From NCBI GenBank assembly GCA_951406725.2, contig OX597838.1:39432001-39496000 (forward strand): 64,000 nucleotides of DNA, read 5' to 3'. The stretch comes from Octopus vulgaris. Lineage: Eukaryota. The translations under genes and the position numbers were made by a program. Of the stretch, positions 1 to 14,110 are shown in pieces (within the stretch, counting starts at the first letter, position 1; each line of letters begins with the position of its first letter). The notes under the pieces are model-generated. The model searched no databases, was not told the DNA's origin, and saw only the letters and a program-made list of their open reading frames with translations.

Positions 1-148
1 TCTCAATTATTTTACTGCAATTGGGCATTAACCAGTCAAGGATTTTATTTTCGGACTGAACTTTTCTATATTTCTGAGCGTTATACTAATATATCTGTTT
101 GTTTTGTGCACCACCTGTCTTCATCTTTTGTATTATTTTCGTAAATTC

Positions 149-201
<53 letters not shown>

Positions 202-361
202 CTTCGTCATCTTTTCCTCTTTTGCCCACCTGGTTTTTTTTCAAGTGCTTTGGCTTTTCTGGGAACTCCCTTCAAAGTAAAAGGAATAGCTAAGATTTTG
301 ACTGCTATTTCTAAACTTCGGTGTGTGGATAAGCAAATCGTTGCTGAATCCTAATTATATA

Positions 362-540
<179 letters not shown>

Positions 541-615
541 TGTATAAATGTATGCAAGACAAAATGTTATAACATGTGAGTAGTTTTCAGAATATTTATA
601 AGGAAAAAGATATAT

Positions 616-664
616 AGTCTTACAGCTGTTTCTGGGATATTATGGATACCCCTTCATCAGAGTT
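616..664 (-). ncRNA. Minimal hammerhead ribozyme-like motif (Penelope-like-element type), stem I degenerate
   Basis: Minus strand reads aact-CTGATGA-a-ggggtat-ccata-atatccc-a-GAAA-cagctg-TA-agact: intact core, 7-bp stem II, palindromic stem III (ACAGCTGT), GUA cleavage triplet. Stem I pairs only 2 bp. Confidence 0.45.
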
Positions 665-1036
665 GAATATTTCAGTTTGAAATAAGGAATTATGATGGAA
701 GAGGAGGAGATAAGGAATTTAGAGGGAAATAAGAGAATGAAAGTAGAAATAAAACATAAAATATACAAATATATTGTAGTTGCAGTTCCATTTGTCGTGG
801 AAAGTGGTAAAAATGGTTCCTATACATGGTATGTAAGATCCAGTAGTAGTTCATGTTTAGTCATTTCAAAGTATGGAGCCGTGGATACTGTATTGCTCAT
901 TGGAAAGGGTCCACACTCATACACACATACGCATACACACATAAGTATATATATATACATGTACATGAACATGTATATATATACGTATATATATGTATAT
1001 ATATATACATATATACTTATATGCATATTTACATAC

Positions 1037-1088
<52 letters not shown>

Positions 1089-1173
1089 ACATGTATGTAT
1101 ATACATATATCTATATATATATTCATGCACATATGCACGTATATATACGTATAAGTATATATGTATGTAAGTA

Positions 1174-1209
<36 letters not shown>

Positions 1210-1210
1210 C

Positions 1211-1241
<31 letters not shown>

Positions 1242-1311
1242 AATACATACTCATGTACATGTATATATATGCATATATATTTATGTATGTAAGTGTGATT
1301 GTGTGTATATG

Positions 1312-1344
<33 letters not shown>

Positions 1345-1507
1345 GTATATGCACATGTTATTATAATGATATTCGAGGGGCTGCTGATAATGGAGGTATG
1401 TTGGACTGTTGGTATGGCTGATTTTGTATATGTAGAATAGTATTTTGACACATCCTTTTGATATATATATATATATATATATATACATACATACATACAT
1501 ACATACA

Positions 1508-1553
<46 letters not shown>

Positions 1554-1734
1554 CATAACTAACAAGGTTGCAAAAGTAAAGAAAATTTAAAATATATATA
1601 TATGATAGATGAATGGAAATTAAAACTGGGGCGTGTATCAGATATTAAGGCAGTATGACTCTCCCAAGACACAACAAAATTTATAAAAATATATGTATAT
1701 ATGTATATATATATATACATATGTATATATATAC

Positions 1735-1830
<96 letters not shown>

Positions 1831-2150
1831 GTATATATGTATATATATATCTGTATGTATATGTATATATATATATATATATATTTAATGTAGTCATTGC
1901 TATGGCCGGTCAAAAAGTTATCATTAGTTTCAGGTTTATTATCGCTTTTAGCAATAAAGACGACCTTTGGGCCCAAGGCACATAGCCCCTTTTCGTAATG
2001 AAACTAGAAATAGAGTTTTCGATAGTCAGTCATGAAAAAAAAACAACAACAAAACCACCTGAAACTAAAGACTTAGTAGCGAAAACTAACTCCTTCCAGA
2101 CAAGATGGAGGTATCTTCCTTTGATCGGTTCCAGTTGTGTCCCAAAAGAT

Positions 2151-2250
2151 NNNNNNNNNNNNNNNNNNNNNNNNNNNNNNNNNNNNNNNNNNNNNNNNNN
2201 NNNNNNNNNNNNNNNNNNNNNNNNNNNNNNNNNNNNNNNNNNNNNNNNNN
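2151..2250. other. Assembly gap (100 N)
   Basis: Run of exactly 100 n. Confidence 1.
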
Positions 2251-2432
2251 ATTCGACATGGGGTTGAGAATCAGAAACACAAACCACAGACTGTCTAGGG
2301 GACGCAACTCGACCTTTTTAACTAAAAAAAAAAATTTACCATCATTTTTTCCATTTTTTGGCTATAACTCTCTAAAAATGCTTTATAGTTATTTCCCTTA
2401 CAAACCTGAGCAACGCCGGGCGATACTGCTAG
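2251..2432 (+). mobile_element. Non-autonomous Helitron, 3' part (5' part lost in the gap)
   Basis: Ends in GC-rich gagcaacgccgggc...CTAG followed by T. The full copy is at 46893-47263. Confidence 0.65.
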
Positions 2433-2514
2433 TGTTAGAATAAGGTGTTCTATGAAGCTCGAAACATATGTACCACAACATCTTTTCTGTCCTGTTTTTC
2501 AATTTTTTCATTTG

Positions 2515-2609
<95 letters not shown>

Positions 2610-2616
2610 TAGATAG

Positions 2617-2647
<31 letters not shown>

Positions 2648-3252
2648 GATAGATAGATATACAGGGTGCGATGGGTAAATTGTTGCCATTTTATATTTTT
2701 AATCTCACGCAGGCGCTTTGATTGCTTTTGATTTTGTCGGCTACACAGTATAGTAGGGTCAGTTGGGCACCAACTGCAAATTTCGTAGCACCTTCTTTCG
2801 TCACCAATGGTAACGTTAGAAAAAAAAGGTCCGTATCAACTTCAGTTCACGAAACGCATTCAGTTGTGACTACTTTTGGTCTTCCGTGGGCAAGCGAGGC
2901 ACGGGTGGGACACTCAATAACTGGTTCAGGAGCATCTGGCAGACGTATCTCATCGGGTAATAAATAGTTACAACTCTTTATAATAACAGTTCCGCAATGT
3001 ATCTTCTTATTTCGTAGAAAGAAAAGCAGCAAAATGAAGGAAAAAAAACTTCATTTACATAGAAAATCAAAAACATAATCACAGATTCAAAGAAAGAAAC
3101 GAACACGTGACTAATAATAAAAAATTCTCGTACGTTCCATCTACCGTCTTTCATTTATCACATACGAAACGAAGACTGTAAAAAATGACCATGCTTAACT
3201 CGTAAGCTACCACCTATAAACCATTCGATGTATTATATGTGTGTGTATATGT

Positions 3253-3300
<48 letters not shown>

Positions 3301-3990
3301 GAATAAATTAATAAATGGAGTTGAACGATGTTAATAAAATTCCATTACTTTCGACATATGTTTCGAAGACAACATGGTTTTATTCCAAAGGAATAAACGG
3401 TGTAAGATGCAATCTTCACATCAGGGAGCCTCTCTCAACAACATAACAATATAATAATTACGATGACTGCCTACATGATAAACAAAAATGTTAATAAATG
3501 TTTAAAAAAAAACCGTTAGTAGAATTGACCTCAAAGTTAGATAGTAGGAAGAGAAGGGTTAAAGGAATAATAAAAAGGGAACAAATAGTCTTCCATATCA
3601 GTAAACTTTTTCTCAACATGCTCACCAACGCCGTTGACTGTTCACTGCTACATTAAGTTGTTCATGGCAAACAGAAAACATAAAAATTGTCAAATATATA
3701 TGTGCAGGGCTGATTGAAGTCACCTGACAGTAAATCGTATTCATTTATAATTCCAAGATCTATTTGTTTAACAACTGAACGAATTTAATAAAATATGAAA
3801 CGTCATGATTATAGTTAAAATTGAAATCCTTCTTGAGCGACACATAATTAAAGATAGCGTTTATGGAATTTTTCAATTTTCAATTACTGTCAGGTAACTT
3901 TTGGTCAACCAGGAAATATATATATACATAAAATACATAAACATATAAAATATAAAACATATAAAAATAAATACATATATATATACATAC

Positions 3991-4023
<33 letters not shown>

Positions 4024-4068
4024 CATAAAATACATAAACATATAAAATAAATACATATATATATATAC

Positions 4069-4201
<133 letters not shown>

Positions 4202-4694
4202 TTGATATAAATTGTTCAATAAAGCCAGAAACATAAGAACTGCAAAATCCTTTGCATCCTGTTTTTCTTTTGGTAAATATATTTATATATACATACATGT
4301 ACACATACATACACATACATACACATACATACGCATACAAACATGCAAACATACATAGATACATACAGATATGCATACATACTTATATATACACACAGTG
4401 ATTCGACAAAATGGAAACACCTTATAAAATGAAGGTCTGTTACTGAATACGGAATCAATTCATGTTTGGTATCAAACACAACTTTATAACGTCAAGGAAT
4501 TGGGTAATACTGGTTCTTTCATGCTGCACCAAAATGCAGCATATGTGCAGCAGCATGGTTGTGTGGTCAGAAAAGTTCTTTCCAGTCACGTGGTTCATGG
4601 TTTAGTCTCACTGTATGGCACGTTTGGCAAGTGTTTTCTACTTAGCTTCGGCCCGATCAAAGCTGTGGTAGACGGAAACTTAAAGAAGCCCGTC

Positions 4695-4761
<67 letters not shown>

Positions 4762-4767
4762 GTGTGT

Positions 4768-4803
<36 letters not shown>

Positions 4804-4821
4804 TCACGCACACACATATAT

Positions 4822-4885
<64 letters not shown>

Positions 4886-5689
4886 CTAAATTGTGGAAAC
4901 CACTCGTAAACTTGTGTTTTGCTCATGGCAGCGCCCTTGTACGCTATTTGAAGCATGACAACTGTTTTGGTCGCCGTTTAACCCAGCAGAACTGCTAGAT
5001 TACGAGGACTTAAACACACCAACACCGGTTGCAAAGTGGTAGTAGAGGGAAAACACGGTCACACACATACACGCAAGCACACACACACACACACACACAA
5101 ACGCACACGCACTCACAGGTACATTTATATAAACGGCGGGCTTCTTTCAGTTTCCCTCTGAAGAAAATACACTCACAAGTCTTTGGTCGGTTGGAGGTTA
5201 TAGAAAATAATTGCCCAAGGAGCCATGGAGTGTGTCTGAACAAGGAACGAGGTTGTTGCGAAGGAAGCTTCTTATCACACAGCCGCACCAACGCGTACAT
5301 AATACATTTAAACACTACTCCTATATCTACAGACTAGAAGAGTTTTGAATTTGTCTCGTTGACGACAGATAAAAGAAAAGAATTGAATAAAACGTAATTT
5401 CTGTTAGGTTGTCAAACACTTTCCTTAATGTGCAAATGCATCGGTCCAGATGCGTTTTCGACTCTTCTTAGATATATTATTTTTAATGTGCCTATCCTTA
5501 ACTATATTACCATTCCTTAAATATAATCAACTGATTATGAAGACAAATTCTATCCGTTCATACCGTGCCATGCTGCCGCTTAAGCTTCGTTGTAGTGATA
5601 TGCCTTAGAAATATGTATGCTTCCTCTAAATCGAACTAGACATACCTGTAATTAATACCATTCAGAAGTTTGGGTTTTCGTTTCTATAT

Positions 5690-6396
5690 ACACAGTTTTG
5701 TTGCCTTAGCTATCAAATGATAGTTTATTCAAAGTAGTCGCCTTCAGTTTCCACCAACCTTGCGCATGCGTTTCTCTTGGTCACTAGCTCGGCCATGGTG
5801 CTGCAAGCGGTGCAGATGGTATCTTTCTCAACAGCGCCCCACACATAATAATCCATGGTATTAAAATTGAGGGAATTAGAAGTCCAGAAATTTGGTCTGA
5901 TGAAGTCGTAAAGTTGTAAAGATTCTCCGATTTCAGACTTTCCGGAGGTGTGGCAAGGAATCGAATTCTGTGGGCCAACACATATGGCATTTCAGTAGAA
6001 CCCTCCCCAGACAGATTTTCAACCACAGTTTCCAGCAGCTTCATATAACCGTCTGAATTGAGCCTAAGGCCCTGTTCTGGCGTGCTGGCGCAGTTAGAAC
6101 GCTTGTTGTGTCGTCCACGTCTTTGTATCTCCGTTGCAGTTGTCCGTCACTTCTTTCAGCCTTTATAATGTTCACAGAGCATTGAGCAGAAGTCATGATG
6201 TCAGTATTCTGACACCCGGCACGAGTCGTCAATATACAGGGAACTCTTCTCTAATGTTCAAATGGCTTCCAGTCCTCCATATCAGTAAACTTTTTCTCAA
6301 CATGCTCACCAACGCCGTTGACTGTTCACTGCTACATTAAGTTGTTCATGGAAAACAGAAGACATAAAAATTGTCAAATTTACCCCGAACACCCTG
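5690..6396 (-). mobile_element. Internally deleted, decayed Tc1/mariner-superfamily DNA transposon
   Basis: Minus-strand frames give FWTSNSLNFNTMDYYVWGAVEKDT (degenerate WPxxSPDLNPMDYxVWG motif) and a C-terminal ACAR...LVETEGDYFE*. TIR-like CAGGGTGTTCGGGGTAAATT starts at 6396; a related end CAGGGTGCGATGGGTAAATT lies at about 2662. Confidence 0.7.
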
Positions 6397-6488
6397 TCTG
6401 TTTGATCAGCGCCGCTTTAGAAGTAACCTCTAATACAACAATAACAACAATAACAACATCCTACTTTTTTCTTTTCTCCATTTTTCAG

Positions 6489-6646
6489 CTGTCACTAAGG
6501 AATGCCTGCAATACAGTAAGGATTTGGACTGCAGGTTCTATGATTGTTTAAACCAAAGGTTTCCTTGTGGTGAAACGCAGGAAAAGAATAAATCGCGTGC
6601 TCATTGTTTGAAAACCAAACAAAATTCAGTTCAATTGTCTGAAGTG
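6489..6646 (+). CDS. STC-like: Stanniocalcin-like protein, copy A, first identified coding exon (phase 1 to 0)
   Basis: Polypyrimidine acceptor cttttctccatttttcag|, donor gtg|gtaggt, 158 nt. Translates xVTKECLQYSKDLDCRFYDCLNQRFPCGETQEKNKSRAHCLKTKQNSVQLSEV. C-x8-C-x4-C spacing as in stanniocalcin. Confidence 0.85.
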
Positions 6647-6673
6647 GTAGGTCAAACTTCTGATTAGAATCGC

Positions 6674-6759
<86 letters not shown>

Positions 6760-6927
6760 GAGAGAGAGAGAGGGGAGAGAGAGAGAAAGGGAGAAAGAGT
6801 AAGAGAGAAAGAAAGAGAAGGAGAAAGTGGTAAAGTTAAAGGTAGAGAGGGTGTGAGAGCATGGAGAGAGAGAGAGAGAGTTAAAAGGAAGGAGGATGTC
6901 ATGTTTTATTATCATTATTACATCGTA

Positions 6928-7140
6928 AGGCGGCGAGTTGGCAGAAATGTTAGCACGCCGGTCGAAATGCGTAGCTGTATTTCGTCTGCCGTTACGTTCT
7001 GAGTTCAAATTCCGCCGAGGTCGACTTTGCCTTTCATCCTTTCGAGGTCGATAAATAAAATACCAGTTACGCACTGGGGTCGATATAATCGACTTAATCC
7101 GTTTGTCCTTTCTGTGTTTTTCCCCTTGAGGGTAGTAAAG
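6928..7140 (+). mobile_element. tRNA-derived SINE, followed by partial tandem re-copies to about 7270
   Basis: ggcggcgagttggcagaaatgttagc...gagttcaaattccgccgagg (A/B-box-like). Further copies at 11141-11375 (minus), 53718-53930 and 57780-58010. Confidence 0.7.
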
Positions 7141-7393
7141 AAATAGGTATTTCGTCTGCTGCTAAATTCTAAGTTCAATTTCCGCCGAGATCGAATTTGC
7201 CTTTCATCCTTTCGCATGCAACATTATGAGTTCAAATTCCTCCGTGGTCGACTTTACATTTCATCCTTTTTAGGTTTGGATTAATTAAGTACCTGTTGAG
7301 TACGGGGATTTATGCGATCGATTGTCTCCACTCCCCACAAAATCCAGGCCTTGTGCCAATAGCATTACTCTTCTTCTTCTTCTTCTTCTTCTT

Positions 7394-7491
<98 letters not shown>

Positions 7492-8616
7492 CATTATGTT
7501 ACTTCTGAGTGCGCTCGATCTTGTTTACTCAGGTTAATTATTATTATTGAGTGAGAGAGCAGTGAATGCCATCAAAGTGACACTAAGGGTAAAATATACG
7601 AACCCCAGTGTATCTACCCATCATGACTACCCATCTGATCAGGTTACACCAGGTACATGCATCACAAGTATATGTGCGTGACATTGTGATCTCATATCAA
7701 GATAAACAGCGCATGACTTTGCAGGTAGGGCGCAGTTACGATTTTTTTCAGGTTGAATAGCCCATCCCACTCAAAATGTCATTGAATAAGGTTTAAGGAT
7801 GACTGAAACACCCATGTTTCCAGAAGTGAATTATCCAAATCCCAAAGAATTCCTCTCAATACATGGCTATGATGCGCCCCCACTACTTCTGCTCTTGATC
7901 AGAGATGCACATACTAAAGGATATGCTCAGCTGGTTACGGTCAAACAACTGACAAGCAAATCTGTGGTATTGAGCAGAATATTTGCTGTAGCCCATCTTT
8001 TATACATAACAACACTTCCAATCTGTTATGATCAGAAGCCATGAGAGCCACTGTTTCGTATTGCATCGTTGTTGTTGTTATCGTTATTATTGTTTATCGT
8101 CCCGGTCTCTGAGCTATTGAATTATTTTGAAGTCTATTTTTCTTTCCCTTTTTGTTGTCGTGTTTTCTGCAGACCATATGGGTCTGAGCAAAATTATCGG
8201 ATCTTTTCAAATTAATTTCTTTGTAACTAAACACTTTTAAACTTCGTATACTGGTAGAATGTGTCACATAAAACATCTTTTTCCCTTGGCGTTCTTGAGA
8301 AAACTCTGTAGTTTGTAAGCTATTTGTTGTTAAATTTCTTGCATTTCGGCAATTTCAACCAATCAATGACGTCTATTGAGGTGAATACAATTTCTGCTGT
8401 TGTTTGGCATCCGTGTGCGAACACAAATTGTCTGAAGGCTTTTTGCCCACAGCGAAAGAGAGAAGGAGACCCCACTATTGCCCGCACTAGTACCATCACT
8501 ACCATCATCACCTCGCCACTTTAAGAAACACTTTCCGCTTATTTTCATTCATCCTATATGACCTCATTTACATTATTTACAGTTGACGGTTATTTGTCCT
8601 CATCTTGTTTGTTGTT

Positions 8617-8662
8617 AACACAACGTTTCGGCTGATATACCCTCCAGCCTTCATCAGGTGTC
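8617..8662 (-). ncRNA. Minimal hammerhead ribozyme-like motif
   Basis: Minus strand: gacac-CTGATGA-a-ggctg-gagggtatat-cagcc-GAAA-c-gt-t-gtgtt. Stem I gacac/gtgtt, 5-bp stem II, palindromic ACGT stem III. Duplicated at 55270-55315. Confidence 0.45.
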
Positions 8663-8727
8663 TTGGGGAAATTTCGAACCTGGGTTCTCATTCCTAAGGT
8701 ATTTTTCGATGTTATCGTTATTATTCA

Positions 8728-8915
8728 GTAGTTTTATTTTTACAACATGCTTTCACCTCACTAAGGAGCGCAGCTCTGTGTGCCTTGGGTATGTGCTGTG
8801 ATTTGTTGTGATGCTCTTATGGTTACTGTATTGAAAGTGTTTGCGTAGGATGTGTGCAGTACCCAGTGGTGCAATTTTCTGTATGATATATATTTGTAAG
8901 TTCTGGTGTTTTTCT
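8728..8915 (-). mobile_element. 3' fragment of an R4/Dong-like non-LTR retrotransposon
   Basis: Minus strand encodes IQKIAPLGTAHILRK, resembling the C-terminal motif of R4/Dong-clade proteins; it lies next to (TTA)n. Duplicated at about 55380-55570. Confidence 0.55.
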
Positions 8916-9001
8916 TACGAGTGTGTATAAGAGAATGACTCACCCCAGACGCAATAGAGTATACTTCACGCAAAGAATCTTGCAAACCAAATTCCAAAAC
9001 G

Positions 9002-9080
<79 letters not shown>

Positions 9081-9134
9081 GTTATTATTATTATTATTAT
9101 TGATGATGATGATGATGATGAGGATGATAATAAC

Positions 9135-9172
<38 letters not shown>

Positions 9173-9381
9173 GTATAATCAACCTGAAGAAAATTCTAAC
9201 TGGGCCCCACCTGCAAGGTCATGTGCTGTTTATCTTGATATGAGATCACCATGTCGCGCACATATGGTTGTGATGCATGTGCCTGGTGTACCCTTATCAG
9301 ACGGGTAGTCATGATGGGTATATTGGGCTTCGTATATTTTACCCCAGTGTCACTTTGATGGCATGCTCTGCTCTCTCACTC

Positions 9382-9422
<41 letters not shown>

Positions 9423-9466
9423 CAACAACAACAATAATAAAGATAATAATAATGATGATAATAATA

Positions 9467-9544
<78 letters not shown>

Positions 9545-9802
9545 GTAATATTAAAGTGGTGAGCTACTAGAATCATTAACACCCCGGGCAAAATGCTTAG
9601 CAGTATTTCGCCCGTCTATACATTCTGAGCTAAAATTCTGCCAAGGTTGACTTTACCTTTCATCCTTTCAGAAGCCGATACAACTTGGTACCGCTGAGGT
9701 CGTAGCTCATTTCTACTGCTGAGTGAACTGAAGCAACGTGTCTCTCTGTTTTCCCTTTCATCTCTTCACTATTTTTAATATATATACATTATCCCATGTA
9801 AA

Positions 9803-10100
9803 GGCGCATAACACAGTGGTTAGAGTGTCGGGCTCACAAGCATGAGGTTGTGAGTTCGATTCCCGGAGTGCACTGTGTGTTATGTTCTTGCGCAAGACAT
9901 TTTATTTCACGCTGCTCCAGTTCACTCAGCTGTAGAAATGAGTTGTGAATTCAGTGGTGCCAAGCTGTATCGGCTATTCCTTTGGTGTGGAGAGGGGAGG
10001 CTGGTATGCATAGATGACTACTGGTTTTCCATAACCCTTCCCGGATTTGTGCTTCGGAGGGCAGCTTTCTAGGTGTAATCCCATGGTCATTCATGACCGA
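9803..10100 (+). mobile_element. tRNA-headed SINE
   Basis: ggcgcataacacagTGGTTAGAGTGtc...gaGTTCGATTCCcgg A and B boxes run into a non-tRNA body (ccagttcactcagctgtagaaatgag). Duplicated at about 56443. Confidence 0.65.
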
Positions 10101-10340
10101 AGGGTTTTTTTTACTCTTCCATCTTCTACGTGCCATTCTTGTTATCTGTTTCCTACTCCCCCAAATTAGAGAGACAAAGTACTGGGGTCTTTGTTATGTA
10201 GTTGGTCTCCATTCCTCTCAAAATTATTGGTCTTGTGTTAAAATTACACAGAATTACTATTCACTCCCCCCAAATAAATAAATAAACAATCCCCCAAAAC
10301 TCAATTTTTGCTTTCACTAACCACTGTCTAATATTCACAG

Positions 10341-10567
10341 GGTAATATCTGGATAAATAGTATCATAAGATGTTTCATAGATGATTTAACGAAAATCTAC
10401 CAACGTCCGTCACTCGATTGTAAGAATGCCAACAAAATTGTCGTGAAAATACAACGTAAATGTTACACAGACAATGATTTCTGTAATGTTGGCTGGGATC
10501 ACCGCAAGAAAATGTGGCAGTTATTCAGTGAACCCATAAAGACGTCCAAAACACATTACTATAAAAT
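10341..10567 (+). CDS. STC-like: Stanniocalcin-like protein, copy A, middle coding exon (phase 0 to 2)
   Basis: Acceptor ttcacag|, donor aaat|gtaagt, 227 nt with an open frame: GNIWINSIIRCFIDDLTKIYQRPSLDCKNANKIVVKIQRKCYTDNDFCNVGWDHRKKMWQLFSEPIKTSKTHYYK. C-x15-C-x13-C-x6-C spacing as in stanniocalcin. Confidence 0.9.
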
Positions 10568-10769
10568 GTAAGTATTTGTTATTTTTGTTGTTGTAATAGA
10601 GGTGGTGGTGGTATTCGTGATGATGGTTGCATTGATCGAGTGAGGGACATCTTGGTGTTGTGGAGAGACATCTTGGTGTTGTGGAGGGACATGTTGGCAG
10701 AGACTCAGTTCAATTTTGCTCGAACATTCAGATGGATGGGTGTCGTTCTGGATATCAGGATATAACATA

Positions 10770-11138
10770 TGTGTGGCTGTGTAGGAAGAAGCTTGCTTCC
10801 AAATCACATCGTTCCGGGTTCAGTCCTACTGCATGGCACCTTGCGCAAGTGTCTTCTTCTACAACCTCGAGCCGACCAAATCCTTGAGTGAATTTGATAG
10901 GCATGAACTGAAGGAAGGCCTTCGTTTGTATGTGTGTGTGTATGTGTGTGTGTATGTGCGTGTATGTGTATCTGTGTGTGCACGACTACCGGTGTTTGTG
11001 TGTGTACGTCCCCATGAATTAGCGGTTCGGCAAAATAGATAGGCTTAAACAATGAGGACTGGTATCGATACGCTCGACTAAAATTCTTCAAGGCGACGCC
11101 ACAATATGGCCGCAGCTTAAATGAATGAAACAAGTAAA
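10770..11138 (+). mobile_element. SINE of a second abundant family, with an internal (TG)n
   Basis: tgtggctgtgtaggaagaagcttgcttcc...gggttcagtcc...ggcaccttgcgcaagtgtcttc...; related copies near 4555, 5010-5285 (minus), 41955-42250, 44830-45255 (minus), 49315 and 57400. Confidence 0.65.
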
Positions 11139-11419
11139 ATATTTATTTCTTTACTACCCACAAGGGGCTAAACATAGAGGGGACAAACAAGGGCAGACAA
11201 AGGGATTAAGTCGATTCCATCGACCCCAGTCCGTAACTGGTACTTAATTTATCGACCCCGAAAGGATAAAAGGCAAAGTCAACCTCGGCGGAATTTGAAC
11301 TCAGAACGTAACGGCAGACGAAATACGGCTACGCATTTCGCCCGGCGTGCTACCGTTTCTGCCAACTCGCCACCTTCCAAAACAGTAACAAGTAAAATAT
11401 TGAAGATGTCTGTGTCTGG

Positions 11420-13850
11420 CTGAATAACATGCATTTACTACACATTCCATCGTGGTGTGACGAACCATTGAGGGATATTCTTTGCTGTTACATGTAAAAT
11501 TCCCTGCTAACCTCTCAAAGCACCACCTTTGAATATTACGATAACAACGGCATGATAAGTCTATATCTACCAAGCAAGCAAATAACCAATCAACCAAGAT
11601 AAAACTATGTAACCACTTAAAGCATGATATTTGTAGTGGAGGAAGTATTTTTTCTCTGCAATATTTTCCCAGCTCCTTTTTCAGTCCTAGTGCCTATAGC
11701 TAAAGGAATATTTTCTCCATATTTCTATGGATATTGAGCTTTATTAAAGTGTTTTTTCTTTTTTTGCTGCTGCTTTGAACGACAATCCTGTCTTATTTAG
11801 GTCAACATTAATCTTGTTTTCCTTTTAGGTAGAGGCAGTCTACGGCATTGTTGATGTAGGCACTTTTTGTACTAGTCAATATCTTTCAAGCTTTCAGATC
11901 AAGGGTTCCGATCTCATAAAATATTCAAGCAAGTAGCCGAAATGCATACTATATTGGTATTGCAAATACATTGTGGTTCATTATTTTAACGTATGCAGAG
12001 AGTTCTGGGGTTCATATTTTCCTTATCCATCTGTTACATGCTTTAGTGAGGCGTTACTTATTACACTATCATCGTTAGATATGTTTTCATATACCCCAAG
12101 GTACCTGTAACATTACGCATCAGATATAGGAGAGACAGTTAAGTCACTGATCGAGATGCCGCTGGTCTGGTTTAAAGTTTTCGCTCGTTCCATAAGCACA
12201 GGAGAATATTTATCCTGATTAAACTCCAAGTGAATCATATCTTTGAATATACTTTCTGGAACTTTAACGAGTTGAAGGGCATCTATCTCATGAGTGGTGA
12301 ACAGAGTCAGAGAAGCTTTCCAACCACATTGAAAACAGGTTTCTCTTATGCTGCCGCACCTCCGACACCGTAGTTTTGTTTATTAATAATTGCTCAGCAC
12401 ACCCTCAATCTCCCTTCATCCAAGCTACTTGTTCTGCTCAGGTGATATTAGTTTCACAATGGTCTTGAAGGAAAAGATTTAAACTGGCAGTAGATACTTT
12501 ATACAATATTAAGTACTGACATGCAATTGGACAGTAATTCTTTGCCACGTGGGTGGTTCTGCTTTTGAGGGATCAGTTTTGTCACTACTAGAGCTAACCA
12601 GTGTGGCATGCTAATATCCCCATTGAAACTTGTGGGTACAGATTGAGAAAGTAGGCTTTTCCATGAAGAAGGTTTTGAATTGCAGTCGCAAGAGCATCGC
12701 CATTGACGCTGCATGTCTCCAGATTTTCACCAGAAGGAATCTATATTTTATAGTGAAGAAGCTTCTATGGCATCTACTGCTTCTCTTCTCATATCTCTGT
12801 ATACAACTGCCTGGTTTTGGTTAAATTTTTCCTTGATTATTTTCTCACTTTCCCTTCATTGATGTTGGAGTTTCTCACTGATAGCTTTTTAGCTTCTTTT
12901 GAAGGTTGATCAGTTCAATAAAGTCAAACATTACTTCCATCTTCTTCACTTTGTGTTGGCGAGACGTATAGTGATTTGATGTATGTATGAATGTATGTAT
13001 GTATGTATGTATGTATGTATGTATGTATGTATGTATGTATGTATGTATGTATGTATGCATGCATGCATGTATGTATGCATGTATGTATGTATGTATGTAT
13101 GTATGTATGTATGTATGTATGTATGTATGTATGCATGCATGTATGTATGTATGTATGTATGTATGTATGTATGTATGTATGTATGTATGTATGTGTTTAC
13201 GGGTTGAGTTATAGATAAAATAAACACCAGCGAGGTTATGCTCCACACAGAACTTGTAGGAGCTGTTTAGAGATATTCAACGCTCTTCTGTTGGTGGCTA
13301 AAGTCATGTCAATGTAGGGAATCCCTTTCGTATTCAGCGAGTATCTGAGGGTCACAAATGACATGCTTCTTCATCTGTACGCTCTTCCGGAGTTGGCCAG
13401 TGGCGACTGATTTATCTTTTGATTGCTGAAGGTTTCCATCAGCGATCTCTTGTCAGCTACAACCATTTTGAGCTGCTTTCAGCTGCCATGTCTATCTTCT
13501 TGGTGACTATCTTTATTTCTCTGGATTGCAAACCAATCTCCTGCAGCTAAAGTGCACACCGATCTTGCTAGAAAATCGTGGCAACCAAAAACAAAAGGGC
13601 ACGAGGTCACGTCTAATTCCCTGACAAGTCTCTCATCAAATCAGTCCTGAAATGTGGCTTCTTTCTTCTGATAAAAAAACGAGTCCACCAGTCAAATCCA
13701 CTTGATTCTCTTAGTGTGAGATTTCTTGCGATATAGAAAGCAGGTTCCCTACAGTTGCTTTCGACTTTTCTTGCTTCTGGAATTGGTATTTTCCCACCTC
13801 TTGCAGAGTTGAATTTGCCTCCAGATTCAAACTGAGTTAGCATTAGACAA
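11420..13850 (-). mobile_element. Highly decayed R4/Dong-like non-LTR retrotransposon (RT remnant) in an intron of the STC-like gene
   Basis: Minus-strand fragments DMIHLEFNQDKYSPVLMERAK (cf. DIGMxFGxDKCAxxxxxRGK) and YRYLGVYE (YKYLG motif), with many stops and frameshifts. Duplicated at about 58050-60440. Confidence 0.5.
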
Positions 13851-13998
13851 TAAAAGCAAACTCTGTTACTCTGTGTGTGTGTGTGTGTCTGTCTGTTAGT
13901 CTGTCTGATCTCTGCCTATCCGAGTGTGTTTGTCTGAGTGTAATTTGTCTGAGTATGTGTGTTTGATTAAAACACCAATTTATTTTGTTACATTGCAG

Positions 13999-14110
13999 GA
14001 TGTGGGACAATCTTAGGGACATCTCTTCAAAATGCAAAAATACATCTGCTGAAAAATTAGAAGAATGGATCAAAGGCCAGTTCAACGATGACAAAGGGAG
14101 TTTACATTAA
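13999..14110 (+). CDS. STC-like: Stanniocalcin-like protein, copy A, last coding exon (phase 2 to stop)
   Basis: Acceptor ttttgttacattgcag|; at|g completes a Met, then MWDNLRDISSKCKNTSAEKLEEWIKGQFNDDKGSLH*. Supplies the 10th Cys. Confidence 0.85.

Noticed and set aside
3863-3898. ATG...tcag|gtaact as a possible phase-1 first exon ([10 protein letters not shown]) present in both duplicates
   Set aside because: Too short and not signal-peptide-like; it cannot be excluded without transcript data.
7285-9591. Poly-I/L/N/R ORFs
   Set aside because: They come from (TTA)n/(TAA)n/(TTC)n trinucleotide runs with no splice or domain support.
9803-9875. tRNA-like sequence with A and B boxes
   Set aside because: The acceptor stem does not close and the sequence continues into a SINE body, so it is a SINE head and not a tRNA gene.
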